This document shows, piece by piece, positions 33,702 through 42,841 of a stretch of 64,000 nt of DNA. Positions within the stretch are counted from its first letter, which is position 1. Each line of letters begins with the position of its first letter. The position numbers were made by a program, and so were the translations under genes. Origin of the DNA: Chamaesiphon sp. (GTDB lineage Bacteria; Cyanobacteriota; Cyanobacteriia; Cyanobacteriales; Chamaesiphonaceae); assembly GCA_965246715.1 (NCBI GenBank), contig CBDFFH010000035.1, positions 13,893-77,892 of the forward strand, read 5' to 3'. Under the pieces are notes generated by a model. That model worked only from the letters and a program-made list of their open reading frames with translations, was not told where the DNA came from and did no database searches.

Positions 33702-35144
33702 GTAAGCTCTCAATAAAAGCTGGCAGCCAAAAAAGCTGGTCGTGATAAAGACCAAAAATAAATGTACTCGCGAAAATAGTTTCCGAAAAAAGCCTAAATC
33801 GGAACGAGAATCTTCGCCGCAGCTTTAGCTCTAATCACATCGAACAATGATAGTACTTGCTCATTGCCATGTAATCTAGATGTGAGATAATTCCAAAACG
33901 AAATTCCTAACTTCCGGCAAGTCTTTTTCAAGCCAACGAATGTATCTCTAGCTTTTCTGCCTAGTTCAGAGCGTGTGCCGCCACTAATTTTCCGGCGAGT
34001 GACATATTCTCTAATATCGGTTTCTGCCGCATTGTTATGTAAGGGGAATTCTGGGCAATCTAGTACCTGTAGTAGTTCAATCTTATGATTTCTGATTTGA
34101 TTAAGGACACCATTTAATAGCCCGTGACGAATATAACAACGCCCAAATACTTCATCAAATTTACTCTGTAAACTTAATGAAAATTCTCGGTTGTGCTGCT
34201 GTTGATACTGTTTTAGCTCTTGATAGTAGTTCCACAACAATCCTTGCATTTCGATAATATTCTCTCGCTCTTGTTTATTATCACCCTCTAATTTTCTCAA
34301 ACCTCTCTCAATATGAACCCAACACAATCCATGCTGCATCACATTAAATTGTCCCGCCCCGTCACTTACGATTCTCAATGCTTCACTTCTACCTACAATG
34401 TTCAAACCACCTAACAGTGCTGCTTCCGTTAGTACTCGTACTGTTTTTACATTCTTTATTCCTTGAGACAATAGATGCTCATGCCATTCTTCTTTTGTCG
34501 TTGCTAATGGCTCGTCCGAATAACTAATCTCATTTAGCTGTTTTTGCGGGAGCTGGTAGTTCTCCAAATATACTTTTGCCTCTTCATTTAATACATATCT
34601 TTCCTCTCCTGCTTGCAATATTTCTAAAAAGTTTTCTCGGCTCTTGGATTCACTGCTGTGGAAATACGCAAAGTCCTCATTGCCAATTACTGTGCAGTAT
34701 CCATTTTTCCCGTTATGTCTTGCTCCAGTATCATCTGTATGGATGTATGTTGCTGTTTCTAGCCCTGCTTTTAATACCTGGTGTTGTTCTTGCTCAAATA
34801 TTTGATGCTCTTCATTTAAGAGCCGATTTACTTGTCCTGTCGAAATGTCTATTCCCCATTCTCGGAGTTGCTCGTAAATCAATGGTTGTGGCACTCGGCA
34901 CTGATAGTGCTGATACATCACATAACACACTAATCCTGGCCCGTAGTGTCTTCCTTGATATTCTGTGGGTAATTCTCCCCCCACTGTTTTTCCATCTGCT
35001 GTGATGTACTCAGCTAACTGAAATCTGATGTTATGCCGCTTAATTATTAGCTCTTGTACATCGTATTATACTCATCTCTTTGTTAAACCAGATTTTTGCT
35101 CTTTTGGCAACCCCCTAATTTACCAGCGTTTATTGATACGTTAC
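33702..35144 (-). mobile_element. IS66-family element, internally deleted (transposase ORF 33794-34984)
   Basis: HTDDTG, GLCWVH, LHNNAAETDIRE, RKISGGTRS; imperfect TIRs gtaagctctcaataaaagctgg / gtaacgtatcaataaacgctgg; flanks show no TSD. Confidence 0.9.
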
Positions 35145-36325
35145 CTATATATCCAGTTTTTTCGTCAATACCCTCATATTTTATTCTTGTTTCTCCAGTA
35201 AAGTCATTGGATTGAGTTTCAATTTTCTTCCGATCTTTCCAAGCACTTTTCACAGTTTTCCTAATTTCATTATCGCTCAATCCATAAAAAATATCTTTTT
35301 TACTTTTTAGAGCAACTGCACCCCTTTCACTGTGATTCTTATAGATGTGAGTCCAATCAATTTCTTTTGCCGCAGGACCACAAATATTATGAACAAGCAG
35401 ACCTAGATCTGAAACAAAATAAGTATGGAAACCTGCTACCTCAAAATTATAAACCGTAGCCAACCCACCATGCAGCTCGACCCGATCGATATCCAACCAC
35501 GACTCAGTTTTAGTCTGCAGATGCGTCCCAGCATGTAAATCCTTCGCCGCTACCCAACCCACATCCGGCACCCAAAACGGATGCTCCTCAGTAGTGGTAA
35601 TCTTCTCCCCACCAATGTAAATATCGACAAACTTAGTCGTATCGTGAGCGAACGTCTGAAGCACCTGCTTATACTCGCTCTCCCCAGGCGTATACGGGTC
35701 ATCAGATAACACCCAATCCCCAACATGAATATCCTCAATATTTTTGGTACCATCGAGAGTTTGAATCTCAGTCCCAGCGATAAAACAATTCTGGGTAATC
35801 TTTCTCCAAAAATCACTGGCAACAGAAGTAGCCTTATTTAACGAGTTCGATGCTTGCTGACTAACATTACCCCAGATATTCTTAACAGCCGAACTAGCCT
35901 TAGTTAAATATGGAGATGCTTTTTGACTAACACTATTCCAAGTATTGTATTGGTAGTTATAGATCCCATCGGTGGTGAGTTGATTATTTACTCCAGGTAC
36001 GTTCCCGCCACTGATGCGATTGCCATTGGCATCGTAATTATAGGCTTCGGTATTACTCTCTGTAACTGTTTTAACTTGGTCGATGTTGTCGTAGCTAATC
36101 AGTCGATTGACACCATCTTTAGTCTCAGATATCAACCGACTGAGGTTGTCAAAGCCATAGATACTATCGGCAATGATGCTAGTACCGTTGGTTTGTTTAA
36201 TCTCGATGCGGCGACCGTAGGGGTCGTAAGTGTTATCGGTGGTGAGGATGGGTGTGGATCAGCAGGTCGGTGTCGTCGTAGGTATAGTTGTAGTGGCGGG
36301 TACCATCGTCGGCACTAGTCAGGGT
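35145..36325 (-). pseudogene. Orphan Rhs cassette: YD fragments, helical linker, pretoxin HINT and C-terminally truncated toxin
   Basis: YNYDANGNR; CFIAGTEI...TTTEEHPFWV...VYNFEVAGFHTYFV...LLVHN; toxin WTHIYKNH... cut by IS66 at 35144. Confidence 0.85.
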
Positions 36326-36475
36326 GCTGTGGTTGTTGGCATCGATCGTTCTGACGATTTTGCCGATCGCATTCTAGTCACTTTTACAATTTATCGATTG
36401 CACTACCTGAAAGCATTTTAGATATAATTCATCTTCAATCGATGCTAAAGTACTAATAAGTATTCAGTTGTTTCT

Positions 36476-37306
36476 ATGCGTCGCGACTCAATTTTTTATC
36501 AATTATTTCGTCAATCTCCGACTCTATTATTTGAGTTGTTACCGCAGCGTCCAAATAATTCTCAACAGTATACTTTTGAAGCAATTGAGGTAAAGGAAAC
36601 TTCTTTTCGGACAGATGGTGTGTTTCTACCACCCGATCCATCAGGAGTCGTTTATTTTTGTGAAGTCCAATTTCAACATGATGAGTTGTTATATGAACGA
36701 CTACTGAGTGAGATTTCAATTTATACTTATCGCAACCGAGAACGATTTACTAATTGGCAAGCGGTGGTAATTTATCCGACTCGAACTATGGAGCAATCGC
36801 GTACTGAAATGGTACGGGAGATGTTAGAGAGCGGACGGATTAGGCGAGTATATTTAGATGAGTTGGGGGAGGTGGAAGATTTACCAACTGGTTTGGGTTT
36901 GATGGTGTTGACGACGCTGGAGGGGAATAGAGCTACCTCTGAGGCGATCGGTTTAATCGATCGGGCACAAGGCAGTAGGGCTATAATAGATTTAGTTTCA
37001 ACGATTATTGTTTATAAGTTTAGTAATCTGAGTAGAGATGAGGTGGATATGATGTTAGGAATTGAGTTGCAGCAGACGCGGGTGTATCGGGAGGCTGAGG
37101 AGCAGGGAAATGTTAAGGGTCGTCAAGATGAGGCTCAAGGTTTAATCTTACGGTTGTTAAATCGACGGGTGGGGAATATACCGATCGATCTAGAAGCCAG
37201 AATCAAAACACTACCTCTGGCACAATTAGAAGAATTGGGCGAGGCGTTGTTAGATTTTAGTCAGATGGGTGATTTGGTTGCTTGGTTGGATGGCGATCGA
37301 GTATAG
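36476..37306 (+). CDS. Rpn-family nuclease/putative transposase (DUF2887 + DUF4351)
   Basis: MRRDSIFYQLF, EVKETSFRTDGVF, FCEVQFQ (PD-(D/E)xK-like); C-terminal LEELGEALLDF..DLVAWL. Confidence 0.9.
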   Translation: MRRDSIFYQLFRQSPTLLFELLPQRPNNSQQYTFEAIEVKETSFRTDGVFLPPDPSGVVYFCEVQFQHDELLYERLLSEISIYTYRNRERFTNWQAVVIYPTRTMEQSRTEMVREMLESGRIRRVYLDELGEVEDLPTGLGLMVLTTLEGNRATSEAIGLIDRAQGSRAIIDLVSTIIVYKFSNLSRDEVDMMLGIELQQTRVYREAEEQGNVKGRQDEAQGLILRLLNRRVGNIPIDLEARIKTLPLAQLEELGEALLDFSQMGDLVAWLDGDRV

Positions 37307-37349
37307 GAATTAGGTCGATATTGTCGATCGCCTCTGAGTAAATAGCAAT

Positions 37350-37449
37350 CGAGTGTCTAATTCCGATCGATCGAATCGAATCTTTGGGTGAAGACCTATT
37401 AGATTTTACTTCGATGTCAGATCTAGAAGCTTGGTTGAATCAAAATTGA
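37350..37449 (+). pseudogene. DUF4351 C-terminal fragment
   Basis: RIESLGEDLLDFTSMSDLEAWLNQN*. Confidence 0.78.
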
Positions 37450-37560
37450 CGATCGATCCGAGCAAGAGATCTCATTTATATTCAACAGTAATAGCGATAG
37501 CGAAGCGCTGACGAAAGCAGGTCGAATTATCACCTTCGATCTCGTAGCGTAGGCCAAGCC

Positions 37561-37722
37561 TAGGCTGTTGACTTTGTGGGTTTTTGGGTGATTTACCAGA
37601 AAATTATCTGTGTTATTTTTGTTTGCTGGAGAATGGCTGTTCCAGCCATTCTCCAGCAAACGCGACCGATCCAAAAACTGCATGAACTCTTACGGGCTAA
37701 AGGGTATAGAGTCAACAGCCTA
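37561..37722. mobile_element. MITE family B (162 bp)
   Basis: 13-bp TIR taggctgttgact/agtcaacagccta; ggccaagcc duplicated; empty site near 29330; internal 19-bp perfect hairpin 37621-37661. Confidence 0.92.
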
Positions 37723-37912
37723 GGCCAAGCCTAATCGCTCCAAATAAACACGATCGAATCTTATCAGCCAAGATCGATCGAATCATAAGAATATTAGCGA
37801 TCGAATCTAACAGCCAGATCTTTACAATGCGATCGAATCACATCAATATTAGCGATCGAGTATAGAAGAACAATCGATTCAGCAAATAACGATCGAGTTA
37901 ATTCATCAAGAT

Positions 37913-37975
37913 CGAGAGAACATGCCAAAGTTGTTGCTCCGCGCAAGCTTGTCTGTGGGCATCTGCCCACCCTAC
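37913..37975 (-). repeat. Cassette boundary motif M4
   Basis: Near-identical to M1/M2; lies 16 nt past the immunity gene stop. Confidence 0.9.
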
Positions 37976-37991
37976 TGGCTCCGCACTCCCT

Positions 37992-38501
37992 CTAAATAGT
38001 TGCATCTGAGACTTCAGTTAGTGTAAATCCAGTACAACCGTTACTAACAAGCTCATCACCAATAAAGCTAGCTATACACAAAAAACATGTGTTGCCCATG
38101 ATAAAAAGTTTGTGTATATCTGTATCGATAGAATAAGAAACTAATTTATCTAAAGATCTTATTTCTGTCGGCGCAGATGCAAAGCATTCATATATTGACT
38201 CTTCATAGTTGATACATTCTATTTCTTCAAGAACTTGCATAATATAAAAACTGCATTTTATATATTTTTCTTCATTCCATATAAATGTAACGGGCGAAAA
38301 AGTTGCTTTTATACCCTCATATTTTTTTAATACATTAATAATATTATCTGAAACTAACATTAATTGTCCATATTCCATAAAATCATTAGGTGGATTTTTG
38401 CCACTCATTACGAAGGTAGCCTCTGCAATTCCAATCCCCTCTAAGTACTCTTTACTATCAATCATCCATGAGCAATCTTGCTCTAATATTTTAAATTTCA
38501 T
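37992..38501 (-). CDS. Immunity protein, Imm11 (DUF1629)-like
   Basis: MLVSDNIINVL..F.PV..FYIMQVLEEIECINYEES; downstream of an AHH toxin. Confidence 0.75.
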   Translation of the reverse strand: MKFKILEQDCSWMIDSKEYLEGIGIAEATFVMSGKNPPNDFMEYGQLMLVSDNIINVLKKYEGIKATFSPVTFIWNEEKYIKCSFYIMQVLEEIECINYEESIYECFASAPTEIRSLDKLVSYSIDTDIHKLFIMGNTCFLCIASFIGDELVSNGCTGFTLTEVSDATI

Positions 38502-38602
38502 AATTACTTCTTCTTTCTATTAATTCAAACAATAGTAGTCAATTTAGATATTTCATCCATAGCTAATTATTTTAACGTCAAAAATTAATGTGGGTCATTT
38601 GA

Positions 38603-40227
38603 TTACAACTTAACATTTTTGTTGCTAATATCATAGTGTATCCGATCCTCTATTTTCTCAATACTAGACAATAAATCCGACTCTTTAATTGCTCCTTTAT
38701 CAAATGCATTTTGTAATTTATTGATTTGTTTGCTAACATATTTATAGTAGCTCGGAAGATGTCCTCCACTATGTAGAAGAAGATTTCTTGTTGCAGCAAC
38801 ACCTCTATCAGTAGGCAAGCCTATAAGATTAGATCCGCGATTGATATCATACCCTAATTTTTTTGCTGCTAGTCTCATAACAGGGAAATTCTGTGCCACA
38901 TGTATAGGTATCATGTGATGTTTTGCGAATCCATTTTCTACAGGAAAGTGACTAAGAACTTTATCTCTTTCTAAGTTCTTGGTTATTTCGATCAAAGGAC
39001 CACCAGTAGTGCCAGGTCGTTTATTTAATAAATTAGGTATGTAACTTCCATCACTCTGACGTATTCTGCCAAGAATGATACCACCACCTTCAGAAGACCA
39101 CTTAGGATCTCTTGCCTGCTGAATAGCCCATTTACGCAATGAGTCGGATGCTTTTTGACTAGCACTATTCCAAACATTCTCACCAACAACAGTAGCTTTC
39201 GCTATGGCATTCTCAACAACCCTAATCTTACCAAGCTGTCTAGCGATCGGACCCAGTAACGGAGCGAAAGTCGCCACCGTCTCCACATAACTCCACGGAT
39301 TACTCCAATCCATCTTGCCATCAATAATCTTCGTCGTAGTATCGTAAGAACCCTTCCCTACCTGAGTAATCGTATAACCTTGAGCGATGCGCCCACCCAA
39401 ACCAACTTTACCGAGCAGTGCTTGAGGAGTCAGCACGCCCAGCACAGTAGTAATCCCAAACCCCAAAGATTGACCCAGAGCATATTCAAAACTATCACTC
39501 TGTCCAGCAATCTTGTCACCAAACTGCTCCTCACGATACCGATCGGTATAGCCACCCGTCGCGAAACCAGCAAGACCCGCCACAACTCGATCTGTAGTGA
39601 CCAGTCCACCATAAGCATAGTCTCCGACTGTTTGGGCGATACTTGCAGCACTTTGAGAAATACTTTGAACGGTATTATTTACAACCCGACCAGCATTATT
39701 CCAAGCCTGTTGGACATTCCGGACACCAGTATTCCAAGCATCCTCCAACCACGATGCCATCCCAGAAGGATTGGTAGCCAGCGTCGAACTATTGCCAACA
39801 TAGGGATAGAGATTCGTATCCCCAGCCCCAAACCCCATCGGGTCTACACTGATAAACACCCCATTGGCTGGGTCGTAATATCTGGCGCGATAATAATCCA
39901 ACCCACTCTCAAGATCCCGTTCCCGTCCCGTATATCCATACCGGAAACTCACACTGGGATTCGTCTCACTCAACACCCGTCCGAAACTATCGAACGCTCG
40001 TTGGTTGTCAAAGCTATAGGTACTATCGGCAATGATTCCAGTACCGTTGGTTTGTTTAATCTCGATGCGGCGACCGTAAGGGTCGTAGGTGTTATCGGTG
40101 GTGAGGATGGATGTGGTAGTTGCGCCGAGATACCGCTCGACTTTGGTATTTTGACCTTGGGGATCGTAGGTGAAGTTGACGCGCTTGGCGGTCAGTCCTG
40201 CACCAGATTGGAGGATCTCGGTTGCTA
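38603..40227 (-). pseudogene. Orphan Rhs: YD fragment, Rhs core-associated domain and AHH (HNH-fold) nuclease toxin
   Basis: YTGRERDLESGLDYYRARYYDP..FISVDPMG; FAKHHMIP..YDINRGSNLIGLP..HSGGH; frame open without ATG to ~40227. Confidence 0.88.
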
Positions 40228-40253
40228 ATGACGATTGAGTGCTGCCAATTGGC

Positions 40254-41993
40254 TTAACGCAGTAAATCTTCTAACTGATTTTGACCGCACAACCATTGAT
40301 ACATGCCTTTTTGAGCGAGTAACTCCTGATGAGTACCAGTTTGGACGATTTCACCTTTATCCATCACAAACACACGATCGGCTGTCGAAGCAGCAGATAA
40401 TTGATGGGTGATGAAGATGACAGTACGTTTTTTTCCCGCTTGGGACAGATTTTGAAGAATGGCTGTAGCTGTCTGATTATCGACACTAGAGAGCGCATCA
40501 TCCAGAATTGCGATCGGTGCATCGAGCAGCAGCGCGCGCGCCAAGGCTGTCCGCTGGCGTTGTCCGCCGGAAAGGGTAATGCCGCGTTCGCCGACGATCG
40601 TGTCATACTGTTGGGGAAAATTTAGTACTTCCAGGTGAATTTGACCCAGCTTAGCTGCGGCTTCTACCTTGGCTCGCTCGGCTTGGGGGTCGCCATAGCG
40701 GATATTATTCTCGATCGTGGTACTAAATAAAAAGCTATCTTGCGGTACATAAGCGATCGCCTGGCGCAAATTATCTAAACTTAATTTAGTCACATCATAA
40801 CCATCGATAAAAATACTATTTTCAGGTACTTCTAACAACCGTGGCAACATATTTGCCAATGTAGATTTACCCGATCCGATCGGGCCGACGATCGCGATCG
40901 TTTCGCCTGGTTCGATTGTAAAATTAATATTTTTAAGTGCTGGCGTAACTGCCCCAATATGGGTGTAGCTAAGGTCGCGTACTACGATTTGCCCGTTAAA
41001 GCGAGTATCTAAGTGAATCGAATTGGGAGTATCGGCAATCTTGGGCCGATTGAATAAAATTGCTTCTACTCGATCGATACTAACTTCCCCGCGTTGAAAT
41101 GCTGTAATTGTAAATCCTAATAAAGCAGTTGGAAAGATCAGGTTTTGGGCAAAGATAATTAATGATAAAAAGCCACCAACTTGAATCTGTCCGCTCGCGA
41201 TCGCAAGTCCACCCTGCCATAATAAAACGAGTAAACTGATCGATGCTAACCCCTGAATAATCGGGAAGATCGTGTTTCGCGATTCTGCTAATTTGAGATT
41301 GGAGTCAAATAATTCTTGATTCTTTTTCCGAAAGGCTTTGCGTTCGTTTTCTTCTTGCGCGTAGATTTTGATCAGCGCGATCCCACTCATGTCCTCCTGA
41401 ATCAACTCGCTCAAATCAGAGATCGACTCTTGCACTGTTACTTGCTGATCGCGCAGTTGCCTACTAAATAGCTGCACGATAATCAGCATCAGTGGATAGA
41501 CTGCTAATGCGAGTAGCGTTAATCTCACATCGATCGATAACATTGCCGGTAAAGTCAGTGCATAGGCAAAGATAATATTTGCCGTGCTGAGTACGGCAAA
41601 GCCCACCAACCGCATGATATTTTCCACGTCACTCGTGAACCGATTGACTAGATCTCCCACTGTTGTCGTGGCAAAATAACCCGGCTCTAGTTCCAAAATA
41701 TGCTCGAAAATCCCCTGCTTCATCGTCGCTTGAACTTTGCGACCAACCCCAAAAATCAGAATCCGGGAAACCATCCGCACCACCCACATCAACGAGGTCA
41801 ATCCGACGATCGCTAGTGCTAGTTGTGTTAGATAGTCGCTATTGAGGGATACTTTCAGTCGATCGATTCCCTCCCGAATCAAGAGCGGAATATAGACACT
41901 CAAAGCATTGACGACAAACAGCGCACCGATACCCTGTAATGTCTGCAATTTATAAGGTTTGAGATAATTAAGCAGCTTTTGGAAACGAGACAT
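40254..41993 (-). CDS. ABC exporter, fused permease/ATPase (MdlA-like)
   Basis: GPIGSGKST, LSGGQRQR, ILDDALSSVD; N-terminal TM helices. Confidence 0.93.
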   Translation of the reverse strand: MSRFQKLLNYLKPYKLQTLQGIGALFVVNALSVYIPLLIREGIDRLKVSLNSDYLTQLALAIVGLTSLMWVVRMVSRILIFGVGRKVQATMKQGIFEHILELEPGYFATTTVGDLVNRFTSDVENIMRLVGFAVLSTANIIFAYALTLPAMLSIDVRLTLLALAVYPLMLIIVQLFSRQLRDQQVTVQESISDLSELIQEDMSGIALIKIYAQEENERKAFRKKNQELFDSNLKLAESRNTIFPIIQGLASISLLVLLWQGGLAIASGQIQVGGFLSLIIFAQNLIFPTALLGFTITAFQRGEVSIDRVEAILFNRPKIADTPNSIHLDTRFNGQIVVRDLSYTHIGAVTPALKNINFTIEPGETIAIVGPIGSGKSTLANMLPRLLEVPENSIFIDGYDVTKLSLDNLRQAIAYVPQDSFLFSTTIENNIRYGDPQAERAKVEAAAKLGQIHLEVLNFPQQYDTIVGERGITLSGGQRQRTALARALLLDAPIAILDDALSSVDNQTATAILQNLSQAGKKRTVIFITHQLSAASTADRVFVMDKGEIVQTGTHQELLAQKGMYQWLCGQNQLEDLLR

Positions 41994-42143
41994 GGGGAAA
42001 TTGTGAATTATGATTATGAATTATGGCAGCATTTCAAGATCGGGTAGAAACATACCCTAACGCAGATAAACTTTGTGTGATAAAATCATAGGTTTGTGGC
42101 ACTGTCTCAAATATAGCTCAGATAGCTTAAATAGAAATCGATT

Positions 42144-42602
42144 ATGGCAAAGCGCGTACAGTTAGTTTTAACCCAAGATGTCCGCAAACTGGGCAAAAAT
42201 GGTGATGTTGTCGAAGTAGCTCCAGGCTATGCTCGCAATTACCTACTCCCTCAGAAGATTGCAACACACGTCACCCCTGGCATCCTCAAGCAAGCAGAAA
42301 AGCGTCGGGAAATCGAACGCCTGAGACTATTGGCACTCAAAGAAGTTGCATTAACTCAAAAAGCAGCGATCGATAAAGTCGGTAAATTCTCGATCTCCAA
42401 GCAAGTTGGTGAAAATGAGGCAATTTTTGGTACCGTTACCACAGCTGAAGTTGCTGAAGTCATTAAAGAAGTTACCGGACAAGAGATCGACAAACGCGAT
42501 ATCACGGTTCCCGATGTCGCTAAGATCGGTACTTACAAAGCCGAACTCAAGCTTCACCCCGAAGTCATCGTTAGTGTCGAGATCGAGGTTGTCTCTAAGT
42601 AA
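42144..42602 (+). CDS. rplI: 50S ribosomal protein L9
   Basis: [26 protein letters not shown]. Confidence 0.97.
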   Translation: MAKRVQLVLTQDVRKLGKNGDVVEVAPGYARNYLLPQKIATHVTPGILKQAEKRREIERLRLLALKEVALTQKAAIDKVGKFSISKQVGENEAIFGTVTTAEVAEVIKEVTGQEIDKRDITVPDVAKIGTYKAELKLHPEVIVSVEIEVVSK

Positions 42603-42841
42603 CTTTCAGCGCTCGGTAGGAACTGCTACGCGAACGTCCAGCGTGTGCGTAGCAAATCCAGCTTCAGATTTAGTTGTAATATAAATCGTAGGCTGTGGGT
42701 ACCGATCGAAACCAGGTATAATAGTACTAATTTACGCTCGATCGGGTATCCACAAGGGGCACCCCTACGTATATTTTCCGCCTCATGCTCCCCTCAAAAA
42801 AGGGATTGGGGATGGGTTCTATTCCTTACGCGCCCTCTCTA

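Noticed and set aside
39380..40228. Plus-strand ORFs 27874-28083, 32184-32546, 35923-36318 and 39380-40228
   Set aside because: Antisense shadows of Rhs YD-repeat coding sequence on the minus strand.
24140..40250. A complete integrated plasmid, ICE or integron
   Set aside because: No integrase, relaxase, partition genes or att direct repeats were found; kept only as a hypothesis.
42785..42841. Longer ORF starts for dnaB, trpB (51165), the ATP-grasp gene (29568), the PIN gene (28408) and dedA (4083)
   Set aside because: The extensions lack family similarity or overlap repeats or neighbouring genes; downstream ATGs fit better.
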